Shown: positions 1 to 8,640 of the stretch, piece by piece
Position numbering within the stretch: position 1 is the stretch's first letter
How the letters are laid out: every line of letters starts with the position of its first letter
Assembly: GCA_035548535.1 (NCBI GenBank)
Contig: DASZSS010000245.1
Coordinates: 483 to 64,482 of the forward strand
DNA from: Steroidobacteraceae bacterium
GTDB lineage: Bacteria > Pseudomonadota > Gammaproteobacteria > Steroidobacterales > Steroidobacteraceae
Reading direction: 5' to 3'
Length of the DNA stretch: 64,000 nucleotides
Notes under the pieces: model-generated
What the model was told of the DNA's origin: nothing
Databases searched by the model: none
The model's input: the letters and a program-made list of their open reading frames with translations, nothing else
Made by a program: the position numbers and the translations under genes

Positions 1-534
1 TCACGCACACGCCGACGTAGCCAGAGGCTTGCGCGAGGATTGCGGGACTTTTCGTCTCGACCGACCTTCTCCGCCGCCGCGATCACGTTGCTCAGCTCGG
101 CTGCGTCCTTCACGCGCGAGCAACGCCAGACCTTCCCTTGTGCTACCGCACCCCACGCAAGGTGAATCTCTTGAGACACTGTTGCGGGCGTGTTGCCGTG
201 GCTAGAGGTGAGTCTCGTGTCTCCGATATCCACGGTCCGCACGCCGGGCAGGGCCACGTCCGCTGGAGGCCGCGCCGCATTCTGATCGTTCAGCACCTTC
301 AGGCAATCGCTCGCGAGCGCGAGTATGCTCACGCAGCGACCTGGCGAGAAGACACGAACGCAGCAACGCAGCGGTCACATTCACCCTTTACTCTCGTGCT
401 CTCCGCGCCGCGCGCAATCCGTCGGTATTCCCCAGATCACTGGTTAAATGTACGTCGGTTCTGGATCGAGAACCTACGTCGATTACGACGCCGCTGCGCG
501 ACTGGTCGGCTAAGGCAGGCGAACAAATCTCACC

Positions 535-1104
535 GTGCTGTATCAGAAGTACAAGGCGACCGCGTTCGCACGCAAGTTCAAGCACCGCCGATATCTCCGG
601 ATGATTCATGCACTCGGCATCTCACCACCGGCGAAGGTGCTCGAGATTGGCTGTGCAAATGGTGCCGACTTCATCCGTTTTGCGTTGGACGACGGCTTCA
701 TATGTCATGGCGTCGACCTCGCGAAGCTCGACCCGCTGTGTGAGTTTCACTTCACCCAGGCGGACGCTCAGGACTTGCCCTTCGACGACAACGCGTTCGA
801 CGCGGTAGTGTCGATCGGGGTTCTGGAGCACATTCCCGTCCAGCAGCTGTGCCGGGTCACCTCTGAAATGGCGCGCGTCAGCAAACGAAGCTGCACAGTG
901 GTTCCAGCAGTGAGCACGCCGATCGAGCCGCACACGCTGTCTCCTTTCTGGAGTGTTCGCAGTAAGAAGAGAGCGTGCCCGTATCCGCTCTTCTTCTATT
1001 CAGACGAGACCTGGAAGACGTTTCCTGGGCTCGCGAACGCGAAGACCGAGCGCTTCTGGTACATGCCGGGATTCCGCAACTTGATGATCACGAATCTGGC
1101 TTAG
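535..1104 (+). CDS. class I SAM-dependent methyltransferase
   Basis: 189-aa ORF. Motif I VLEIGCANGADF, post-I HGVDL, and FDAVVSIGVLEHIP are typical of Methyltransf_11-like enzymes. Confidence 0.7.
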   Translation: MLYQKYKATAFARKFKHRRYLRMIHALGISPPAKVLEIGCANGADFIRFALDDGFICHGVDLAKLDPLCEFHFTQADAQDLPFDDNAFDAVVSIGVLEHIPVQQLCRVTSEMARVSKRSCTVVPAVSTPIEPHTLSPFWSVRSKKRACPYPLFFYSDETWKTFPGLANAKTERFWYMPGFRNLMITNLA

Positions 1105-1131
1105 CCCGCAGCCCGGAACCCATCAGGACCC

Positions 1132-1926
1132 TTACTGCTTCAGGAACTCGAGCACCGTCGCATTGAACGCCTCACGCTGCTCGACATTCGGTACATGCGC
1201 CGAATCCAGGACGGTCAGACGCGAGCCGCGGATCGCGCGCAAAATCAGCTCGGCTTGCGCAGGCGGAATGCCAGCATCCTGGGCACCTGCAATGACGAGT
1301 GTGGGCGCGCTGATCGCACGGATGGTCTCTCGCTGATCCATGTCGCGAATCGCAGCGGCGCTTGCCACGAATCCGGCCGCGCTCGTCTTTAAGAGCATCG
1401 CGCGCACTCGTTCGACTTGCTTCGGCTCCGCCGCGCGGAAGCGCGGCGCGAACCAGCGCTGCAGAATGCCGTCCACGAGCGCGGCAACGCCCTGACTCGA
1501 GGCTATCGCAATGCGCTCTTGCCACGTCTGGACCGTCGGCATGTAGGGGGTCGTGCAGCACAAAATGAGCTTGTTGACGCGCTCTGGCGCGAGCGTCGCA
1601 AGCTTCATCGCCGTCATCCCGCCGATCGAAAGTCCGCACACATGTGCCCGCTCGATGCCAACGGCGTCGAGCACCGCCAGCGCATCCTGCGCCAAGCGCT
1701 CCATCGAAAGCTCGCGCAGCGGTCCGACCTGAGATTCACCGTGACCGCGTGCATCGAAACGCACGAGCGTGAATTCGCGACCCAGCTCGGCGATCTGTCC
1801 GTCCCAAATCTCCAAGCTCGCAGCGAGCGGATTGAGGAAGAGCAACGCGGGTGCGCCGGGCTTCTCGAGAACGTCGCACCGCAAATGGAAGCCGTCGAGC
1901 TGGATGTCCTTGATCATGGCGAGCAA
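1132..1926 (-). CDS. alpha/beta hydrolase, 3-oxoadipate enol-lactonase (PcaD)-like
   Basis: 264-aa ORF. It has the FDARGHGES motif, the nucleophile elbow HVCGLSIGGMTAM (GxSxG) and a C-terminal SAHVPNVEQ His motif. Confidence 0.75.
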   Translation of the reverse strand: MLAMIKDIQLDGFHLRCDVLEKPGAPALLFLNPLAASLEIWDGQIAELGREFTLVRFDARGHGESQVGPLRELSMERLAQDALAVLDAVGIERAHVCGLSIGGMTAMKLATLAPERVNKLILCCTTPYMPTVQTWQERIAIASSQGVAALVDGILQRWFAPRFRAAEPKQVERVRAMLLKTSAAGFVASAAAIRDMDQRETIRAISAPTLVIAGAQDAGIPPAQAELILRAIRGSRLTVLDSAHVPNVEQREAFNATVLEFLKQ

Positions 1927-2249
1927 TCAACCTGAAATCGGATTCGAAACCGGCGAAAAGCGCGGACCGCAAAAAGCATAAACCACGGCAGCTCGACTGC
2001 CGAGCTGGCGGGCTCAGTGCGCCTGATCCGCGAGATTCATGCCGTCCGGGTTCGGCAGAGTGAGCACGGAAACGCCGAGTGCGCGATTTCCTCTGATTGG
2101 ACCCACCCGGTTTCCCGGGCTGAGGACCACCTGATTTCCTGGAATTAGGCCCACCCGATTTCCTCGGATTGGGACCACCTGCGGCAGCCGCCGAACGGGC
2201 GGTTTTTGCCCTGTACGTTCTGTGTCAGTCACGGGGCGGGAGGGGCGCG

Positions 2250-3794
2250 ATGTCGCGGAGGAAATTCACGGTGGAGCGGTACCAGGAAATCGAGCGGCTG
2301 CTGGCGGCGGGCCGCGGTGTGCGGGAAATTGCACGGGCGCTGAAGTGCTCGCGGACGACGGTGCGTGAAATCCGCGATCGGCAACGCGGCTCTCCGAATC
2401 AGCCGAAGCCTGCCATTGATCCGCCGTGGATGACGCAGGTGCAGTGGCCGCAGATCATCCACGACCTCGGCCTCGGACATCCGCTGAAGTTCCTGTGGGA
2501 GGAGAAGGCTCGCGAGCTCACCACGTATTCGAACTTCTGGAAGCAGTTCTACCGCAAGTTCCCGCAGTACCGGCAGGCCGCGGTCACTGCGCGCGAGTTC
2601 GAGCCTGGCGAGCGCGTGGAGGTCGATTACGCCGGCGACACGCTCGAGTGGATCGAGCTGTCCACCGGCGAGATCCACCGGGCATACGTGTTCGTCGCCG
2701 GGCTCGGCTTCAGCCAGCTGCTTTTTGCCTGGGCAGCCGAGGACACGAAGAGCAGCAACTGGCTCACCTGCCATCGACGCATGTTTGCCTTCTACGGCGG
2801 CGTGGCGCATGTGACGGTGCCGGACTGCCTCAGGCAGGGCGTGCTCAAGTGCCACGTGTACGACCCGGATCTCAATCCCGGATACGCGGAGCTCGCCGCG
2901 CACTACGGTACAGCAGTGGTTCCCGCCCGTCCGCGCCATGCTAAAGACAAGGCAATCGTAGAAGGCCTGGTGCGCATCCTGATGCGTTACGTGCGCTTCC
3001 GGCATCGGCGCCAGCGATTTACCTCACTGGGGCAGATCAATCGGGCGCTCAGCGAATGCGTCGAAAAGATCAACGCGCGGCCGCACTCGCGCTTTGGCGT
3101 CTCGCGGCGCGAACGCTTCGAGACGATGGAGAAAACCGCCCTCAAAGCGCTGCCGCCTACTGCCTTTGACGTCGGGGAGTGGAAGCAGGCGAGACTTCAT
3201 CCGGACTGCTACATCCAGCTGGAGAGCGTGTACTACAGTGCTCCGCACATCCACCGAGGCAAGCTGCTGCGGGTCAAGCTGACCGAGCACCACGTCGAGA
3301 TCTTCCTCGAACTCGAGCGCCTCGCCGTTCATCCCCGCTGCCGCCACCGCGATGGCCGGCGGATTAAGCTCGACGCTCACTTTCCGCCGGCCTCCCAGGC
3401 GTACTACGAGGCCACCCCGCAGAAGCTGCTCTCGCAGTCCCGGTTCATCCACACAGAGCTGCACCGGCTGGTGGTGGATCTCTTCAACGCCGATGTGTAC
3501 GGAAACATCCGTCGCGTGCAGGGGCTGGTCCGCTCGGCGTCGAAGGAGCTGCATGCCTGCGGACATGAACGTGGCAGCACTCACATCGAGGCGGCGATCG
3601 CCCACATGCGCCACTTCAACAAAATCCGCGTTCCGTACTTCCAGAGCCTGCTCGCCCAGGCGCGCCATCAGAAGACCGACCTCAATCCACTCGGCCGCGA
3701 CATCGTGCGCATACCGGGTAATCCCATGCTTCGTTACGTCGGCGGCAACACCGCCGACTGTGTCCATCCCAACCAGGAGAAGTTGAAATCATGA
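2250..3794 (+). CDS. istA: IS21-family transposase IstA
   Basis: 514 aa from the ATG at 2250 (the ORF track extends to 2169). It has an N-terminal HTH (GRGVREIARALKCSRTTVREI) and a DDE-type core (VEVDYAGDT ... VPDCLRQGV ... KDKAIVEGLV). Its stop overlaps the istB start. Confidence 0.9.
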   Translation: MSRRKFTVERYQEIERLLAAGRGVREIARALKCSRTTVREIRDRQRGSPNQPKPAIDPPWMTQVQWPQIIHDLGLGHPLKFLWEEKARELTTYSNFWKQFYRKFPQYRQAAVTAREFEPGERVEVDYAGDTLEWIELSTGEIHRAYVFVAGLGFSQLLFAWAAEDTKSSNWLTCHRRMFAFYGGVAHVTVPDCLRQGVLKCHVYDPDLNPGYAELAAHYGTAVVPARPRHAKDKAIVEGLVRILMRYVRFRHRRQRFTSLGQINRALSECVEKINARPHSRFGVSRRERFETMEKTALKALPPTAFDVGEWKQARLHPDCYIQLESVYYSAPHIHRGKLLRVKLTEHHVEIFLELERLAVHPRCRHRDGRRIKLDAHFPPASQAYYEATPQKLLSQSRFIHTELHRLVVDLFNADVYGNIRRVQGLVRSASKELHACGHERGSTHIEAAIAHMRHFNKIRVPYFQSLLAQARHQKTDLNPLGRDIVRIPGNPMLRYVGGNTADCVHPNQEKLKS

Positions 3795-4549
3795 GTACCG
3801 CTGTCGCCCGAAACTTGATGGCCGAGATGAAACTGCTCGGCATGTCCAACGCCTTCGATCGCCTCGTGACCGAGGCCACCCGCGACCAATGGAGCTGCAC
3901 GGATTTCCTCGACGCCATGCTGCAGGCGGAGAACGACTACCGCAGCGACCGCAAGACCACCCGCCGCATCAAGGCCGCGAAGTTCGCCCTGCGTCCGAGC
4001 TTCGAGGACTTCGACTTCACCGCCAACCGCTCGATCACCAAGACGCAGATCAAGGATCTCTACAGCCTGCACTGGCTGAGCGAAGCGCGGCCGGTGCTGC
4101 TCATCGGGCAAACCGGTGTCGGCAAGACCTTCATCGCGCAGGCCATCGGCCTGCACGCCTGCGCCAGCGGCAAATCGGTGCTCTACATGACCTTCACCAC
4201 GTGGCTGGAAAATCTCGCGCTGGCGCGCTCGGCGGGCACGTACCTCAAGTTCCGCGACAAGCTCGCCAAGCCCGACCTCGTCATCCTGGATGATTTTGGA
4301 ATGCGCAAGATGACGGCCACCGAAGCGCAGGACCTGTGCGAGCTGCTCGAAGAGCGCTCAATCGGAAAGTCCATGCTCTTCACCACGCAACTGCCGCTGA
4401 CTCACTGGGTCGAGGTGATCGGCGACCCGGTCATCGCCGACGCTATCCGCGATCGCCTCGAGCACGCTGCCCTCACGCTCAGCATCACTGGTGAGAGCTA
4501 TCGCGGCGTCAAAGCCCGCAAGCTTGCCGCGAAGAGGAAAGACGCGTAA
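3791..4549 (+). CDS. istB: IS21-family helper ATPase IstB
   Basis: 252 aa. Walker A is GQTGVGKTFIA and Walker B is LVILDDFG. It overlaps the istA stop by 4 nt (ATGA). Confidence 0.9.
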   Translation: MSTAVARNLMAEMKLLGMSNAFDRLVTEATRDQWSCTDFLDAMLQAENDYRSDRKTTRRIKAAKFALRPSFEDFDFTANRSITKTQIKDLYSLHWLSEARPVLLIGQTGVGKTFIAQAIGLHACASGKSVLYMTFTTWLENLALARSAGTYLKFRDKLAKPDLVILDDFGMRKMTATEAQDLCELLEERSIGKSMLFTTQLPLTHWVEVIGDPVIADAIRDRLEHAALTLSITGESYRGVKARKLAAKRKDA

Positions 4550-4720
4550 ACATCCGTCCCGACGGCCTCCGCCGGTGACCCATGCAACGTGGGTCCTAAA
4601 ACTGGAAATCGGGTGGGCCTAAAGCAGGAAATCGCGCACGCCGAGCCTAGGCAGCGCCCGATCGGCGGCGGTGAGCAGGCGCTGCAACTCGCCATCCAGT
4701 CCCAGGGGAGGCGGCGCCGG

Positions 4721-4965
4721 TCACCATCTGATACGTGCCTTTAATATGGACCCAAATTTGCGCCATATGATAGGCAGCGTTTAACAAGGCAGTAGCAATC
4801 GAGCTAAACGGCCTGGATGTTGGTTGTAGTGCGCGCCGCTTGAGATCCGCGACCGAGTCGAACGAGCCGCGTCGGATCGCTTGCTGAGTAGCCAATGCGA
4901 ACCAGCGCTCGACCGGGTTAAGCCAGGAACTGCAGGTCGGCGTGAAATGCAGGTGAAAGCGCGGC
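4721..4965 (-). pseudogene. IS630-family transposase C-terminal remnant (frameshifted, N-terminus missing)
   Basis: The translation RFHLHFTPTCSSWLNPVERWFALATQQAIRRGSFDSVADL matches the conserved IS630 DDE C-terminal block. The expected tail (P.IW.K....IL.K..R) is readable only in another frame and carries an internal stop. No N-terminal portion is present, and the local G+C is lower. Confidence 0.6.
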
Positions 4966-4971
4966 CGGCCA

Positions 4972-6204
4972 CTAGCTCCACAACGTCGAAATCGGCGCGG
5001 CGAACAGTCGCTCGCCAAAGGGCACGATCGTATCGTGGTCGTAGAGAACCAGGCCGAGCGTGAACCGCTTGCCGCATGCCTCGGCGAGCTTGCGCAGGCC
5101 CGAGAAATCCTCGCTCGTCACCGTCGCGCGGCTCTTGACTTCGATGCCGACGACGCGCCGGTCCTGGTCTTCGATGACGATGTCGACCTCGTTGTCGTAT
5201 CGGTCCCGGAAGTGGTGGAACTCGCAATGCATGGCGCTCCAGCTCGCAAGCTTGAGCAGCTCGGCGAGCACGAAGGTCTCCAGCAGAGATCCGAAGGCCA
5301 TGCGATCGGTCTGGAGCCGCTCTGGGGACAGATTTCGCAGGGCCGCGAGCAGCCCTGAATCCAAGAAGTGCAGCTTGGGCGCCTTGACGATGCGCTTCAG
5401 CTCATTGTCGTGCCAGGGAGGCAGCGTCCGCAGCAGATACAGCTTCTCGAAAATGCCCACGTACTTTTGCGTCGTCACGTGAGAGATGGCCAGGGGTGCG
5501 CCGAGGCTCGAGTAATTCACGAGCTGCGCCGAATGCTGCGCAAGGATGCGCAGCAGTCGCGGCATCTGCCTCAGGTGATCGACTTTGGCGACGTGATGCA
5601 CGTCGCGCTCGATGATGGCCTTGACGTAGTCCAGAAACCATTTCTGGCGACGCGCCCAGGAGCGACGCTCGAGCACTTCGGGATAACCCCCGGACGCTAC
5701 CGTTTGCACGAGCTCGGCTCCGATGACCGGCTCGCCGACTGCTGGGGCCTTACCTTGAAAAGCGCGCTCGAGAAAGTTGCCGGATTTGCCGCGCAGCTCG
5801 CTCTGTGACAGGGGTAGCAGCTCGGCGACTGCCATGCGACCGGCCAGTGAATCGGCCACTTGCGGCAACGTCATGAGGTTCGCCGAGCCGGTCAACAGAA
5901 AGCGGCCGGGGCGCTTGTCGATATCCACACTGCGCTTGATCGCCAGCAGCAGGCGCGGAGCGCGCTGCACTTCGTCGATAATGGCGCGGTCGAGGCCGCG
6001 GACGAACCCCACTGGATCTCGTTGGGCCGTATTGAGCGTGGTGTCGTCGTCGAGCGTGAGGAAGGGCATGTCATCCCGGGCGAGCTTCGCGGCAAGCGTG
6101 GTTTTGCCCGCCTGGCGAGGCCCGGTAATCAATACCACGCGCGTGTCCGACAGTGCCTGCCGCAACTGGCGCTCAATGAAGCGCGGATACATGAAACAGT
6201 GCAA
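4972..6204 (-). CDS. AAA+ ATPase with C-terminal DUF4143/nuclease-like domain (COG1373-type)
   Basis: 410-aa ORF (an alternative start MYPRF is at 6189). Walker A is VVLITGPRQAGKTTLA, followed by GRFLLTGSANL, and the C-terminal block is NEVDIVIEDQDRRVVGIEVKS. Confidence 0.75.
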   Translation of the reverse strand: MHCFMYPRFIERQLRQALSDTRVVLITGPRQAGKTTLAAKLARDDMPFLTLDDDTTLNTAQRDPVGFVRGLDRAIIDEVQRAPRLLLAIKRSVDIDKRPGRFLLTGSANLMTLPQVADSLAGRMAVAELLPLSQSELRGKSGNFLERAFQGKAPAVGEPVIGAELVQTVASGGYPEVLERRSWARRQKWFLDYVKAIIERDVHHVAKVDHLRQMPRLLRILAQHSAQLVNYSSLGAPLAISHVTTQKYVGIFEKLYLLRTLPPWHDNELKRIVKAPKLHFLDSGLLAALRNLSPERLQTDRMAFGSLLETFVLAELLKLASWSAMHCEFHHFRDRYDNEVDIVIEDQDRRVVGIEVKSRATVTSEDFSGLRKLAEACGKRFTLGLVLYDHDTIVPFGERLFAAPISTLWS

Positions 6205-6246
6205 AACCCGGCCGATCGGTGTGACGGCTGATTGTAAGTCAGGGCG

Positions 6247-6356
6247 CGGCTAATTGAAAGTGAAGGCCCGGCTAATTGAAAGTGTAGAGCCGGCTATTTG
6301 AAAGTGTACGGCCGGCTATTTGAAAGCGTGACGGCGGCTCGTTGAAAGCGGCGTGA
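6247..6356. repeat. five tandem, exactly phased 22-bp direct repeats (core CGGCTNNTTGAAAGYG)
   Basis: The units are 6247-6268, 6269-6290, 6291-6312, 6313-6334 and 6335-6356. They lie in a locally AT-richer intergenic stretch just upstream of the DUF4143 ATPase start. Confidence 0.9.
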
Positions 6357-6625
6357 TGCCTAAGCGCTCTCGATCGGTACTCCCCGACCGGTATTTTCCG
6401 GCGGCCCCTGCTGATGCGGCGATTGTCGTTCTTCTGCGCCGCGCCCTCCCCGCCGCCCCTGCACGGCAGGCCCGGGGTGCCGCCGCCGCTGGCTGCCCGT
6501 CGCAGGAAACGACTCCATCAGGCGAGGTCGAGAAACCTCAATCAGCGCAGCGGCACGCTTGAAGTAGATCTCTGCGAGCACACGCGTGCCGTTGGCGCTG
6601 ATTTGCAGCGGGCCGCCCACTTCCT

Positions 6626-8629
6626 TCAGCGCGCGTCTCCTCGCGCCAATCCGTAGGCCGCCCGTGCCAGCGCCACGATGAGTAACAGCGCGAGCACCAG
6701 CGCATCCAGTGAGCCACCGCCGCCCCCTGTCTTCTGGGCCGCGGTGACATCTACACTGACGCTCGCGTTCGCTTTCACGCCCTCGGCATTGGAGCATTCG
6801 ATCTTGTACGTGGCAGGCGCCTGCAACGACGCAATGGATTCCGATCCGGACAGCGCCCGCGATCCCGCCCAGTCACCCGACGCCACGCACGACGTCGCAT
6901 TCTGCGACGACCACGTGAGCGTGACGCCCTGCCCCTTCACCACGCTCGTCGCGCTCGCGGTCAGCGTGACGGACGGGGCGGGCGGCGGAGTCGCAACGCT
7001 GAGCGCATAGGTGCCGGCGCTCTGTTGCGATCCAGCCTGAATCGGTCCGGGCCCGGCGAGCAGGCTGATGATGTAGTCGCCGGCACTTGCGGCCGTGAAC
7101 GAAAACTGTCCACCGTTGACGATGGATCCGAATCGATCTGCACCGCGTGTGACGACGGCGGCCAAGTCGACGAAGTCGACCGGAAATCCGAGGTCGAGCA
7201 ACGACACGGTGTACGTCCCGGCGGTCGCGATCGAAATCGTTCGCGCGCTGAAGGCGCGTCCCACGCCTTGCGTCGTCTCGAACAGCGGTGCCGCGCCGCC
7301 GCCGCTCGATCCCATGCTGAGACCGAACAACGCAGCGGCACCCGCCTGCGGTTGCGCTACCACGATGACGGACACCTTACCCGCAGCGAGCGTGACGTTC
7401 AGCGTTCCGGCGGAGCTCGCGGCTCCCGCCAGCGCACCATCCTGCACGACCGCGATGCTGAGCCCTTGGAACGCGCTGGGGAACTGAAAGTCCGCGAGCG
7501 CAAGCTGATAGCTACCCGCGGCCGGCACGTCGATCGCAAACGTGTAAGCCGGTGTGGTGCCGGTGGCTGCGCTCACCGTTTGCACGGTCGCAAATTCGGC
7601 TGCGCCGGCCGGCGGACGAACTTCGATTCCATAGCTGCCGACGCCCGGCGGCGACTGCGGAAGCGCGAATGCATACAGCGTGCATGTGCAGCCCGGTGAC
7701 GTGAACGATGTCGAGCCCGGCGACGCGAGGCGCGCGATTGCCTGTCCATCCCGTTCGATGACGACCGCGCTTTGCGTCAATGCGAGCGGGAACGCGAAAT
7801 CGGCGAGTGTCAGCGTGCGCGCACCGGCCCCGAGCGTCGCCTCGCCGATCCTCTGAGCTTTCGCAACCGGCTCCACGGCGCGATACGTCACCGCGCCGGT
7901 CGCAACGGAACGGATCTGCACGCTGAACAGCCCGCCGCCGCCGGCCTCGGCCTCACCGATCGCGACGAGATGATAGGTGCCCGCTTGCGCCGTGAAAGTT
8001 GCCACGCCGGGAGTATCGAGCGTGACAGCGATCGAGCCCCCGACCGGCGTGAGCGCGAGTCGCAACTGCGACAAGGCCGCAGGCAATTGCAGATCCGTCA
8101 GTGTCACCTCGTAGTCGCCCGCCGCCGCAATCGCGATATCCGTCTCCAGAACGTGCAGCTCGGGCGGAATCGCGCCCGCCTGCACCTGCAGCGGCGACAC
8201 GAATTCGAGCGCCACCTGGCCGGTGTCGCTGCTCTTGATCTGCACGCCGACGGTTCCCGACGCTTTCCCCGCATCAAGCGCTCCGACAACGCGCACCGTG
8301 TAAGTACCGGGTGTGGCGTCGAAGTGATACGTGCCGGCTTCGGCCGCAGTCGTCACGATAGTCGAGCCGCTCATGACGGCAAGGCGCACTGCGGCGAGCG
8401 CGGCCGGCTGCTTCAAGTCGGTGAGTATCAGATCGTACTGACCGGCCGTCTGGATCGTCAGCGTCTTCTCGATCGCATCGACCGGCTGCGCGCCGCCGAC
8501 CAGCGTCTTCACTTCCGTGAAGATCGTCGTCTGAGCGAGAGCCGCCCGCGGGTCGAGCGCGCCAACGCACATGATGCACGCGAGCGCACAGATGCGCAGC
8601 CACGCGTAAAGAGGATTTCGGATGATCAT
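6626..8629 (-). CDS. secreted five-repeat protein with Ig-like domain and Gly-run/TM/Arg C-terminal tail
   Basis: 667 aa. It has an N-terminal signal peptide (..CVGALDPRAALAQT) and five tandem ~95-aa modules sharing aGxYxhxLxDhxxPxxh...aGtYxh. An Ig-like module follows (VTLTWSSQNATSCVASGDW...YKIECSN). The C-terminus is KTGGGGGSLDALVLALLLIVALARAAYGLARGDAR. The gene sits 11 nt downstream of prsT on the same strand. Confidence 0.8.
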   Translation of the reverse strand: MIIRNPLYAWLRICALACIMCVGALDPRAALAQTTIFTEVKTLVGGAQPVDAIEKTLTIQTAGQYDLILTDLKQPAALAAVRLAVMSGSTIVTTAAEAGTYHFDATPGTYTVRVVGALDAGKASGTVGVQIKSSDTGQVALEFVSPLQVQAGAIPPELHVLETDIAIAAAGDYEVTLTDLQLPAALSQLRLALTPVGGSIAVTLDTPGVATFTAQAGTYHLVAIGEAEAGGGGLFSVQIRSVATGAVTYRAVEPVAKAQRIGEATLGAGARTLTLADFAFPLALTQSAVVIERDGQAIARLASPGSTSFTSPGCTCTLYAFALPQSPPGVGSYGIEVRPPAGAAEFATVQTVSAATGTTPAYTFAIDVPAAGSYQLALADFQFPSAFQGLSIAVVQDGALAGAASSAGTLNVTLAAGKVSVIVVAQPQAGAAALFGLSMGSSGGGAAPLFETTQGVGRAFSARTISIATAGTYTVSLLDLGFPVDFVDLAAVVTRGADRFGSIVNGGQFSFTAASAGDYIISLLAGPGPIQAGSQQSAGTYALSVATPPPAPSVTLTASATSVVKGQGVTLTWSSQNATSCVASGDWAGSRALSGSESIASLQAPATYKIECSNAEGVKANASVSVDVTAAQKTGGGGGSLDALVLALLLIVALARAAYGLARGDAR

Positions 8630-8640
8630 CGTCCTTGTAC

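Larger units (their letters stand above)
2080..4638 (+). mobile_element. IS21-family insertion sequence, apparently intact
   Basis: The ends are TGCGCGATTTCCT (2080-2092) and AGGAAATCGCGCA (4626-4638), a perfect 13-bp IR with TG..CA termini. A 7-bp direct duplication CGCCGAG flanks it at 2073-2079 and 4639-4645. Inside are overlapping istA/istB genes. Subterminal repeats GG(A/C)CCACC(C)GATTTCC occur three times at the left end (2099-2163), and an exact inverted copy lies at the right end (4604-4619). Confidence 0.9.

Noticed and set aside
1-534. ORFs 138-743, 202-384 and 388-609, and a possible minus-strand gene running off the left edge.
   Set aside because: No motifs are present. The translations are Arg-rich and the ORFs overlap each other and the methyltransferase start. 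The sequence at the window edge is too short to judge.
1938-1954. tRNA T-loop-like string TCGGATTCGAAACCGG near the IS21 insertion, considered as a possible tRNA or integration-site remnant.
   Set aside because: The flanking bases do not form a T-stem, acceptor stem or anticodon arm. It lies in the 5' leader of the hydrolase gene.
6357-6625. ORFs 6360-6797 and 6353-6562. A minus-strand peptide ...GGPLQISANGTRVLAEIYFKRAAALIE... might be a LysR-like fragment.
   Set aside because: The similarity is only impressionistic. There is no start codon or intact domain, and the ORF overlaps the 3' end of the 667-aa gene. It is treated as non-coding relic DNA.
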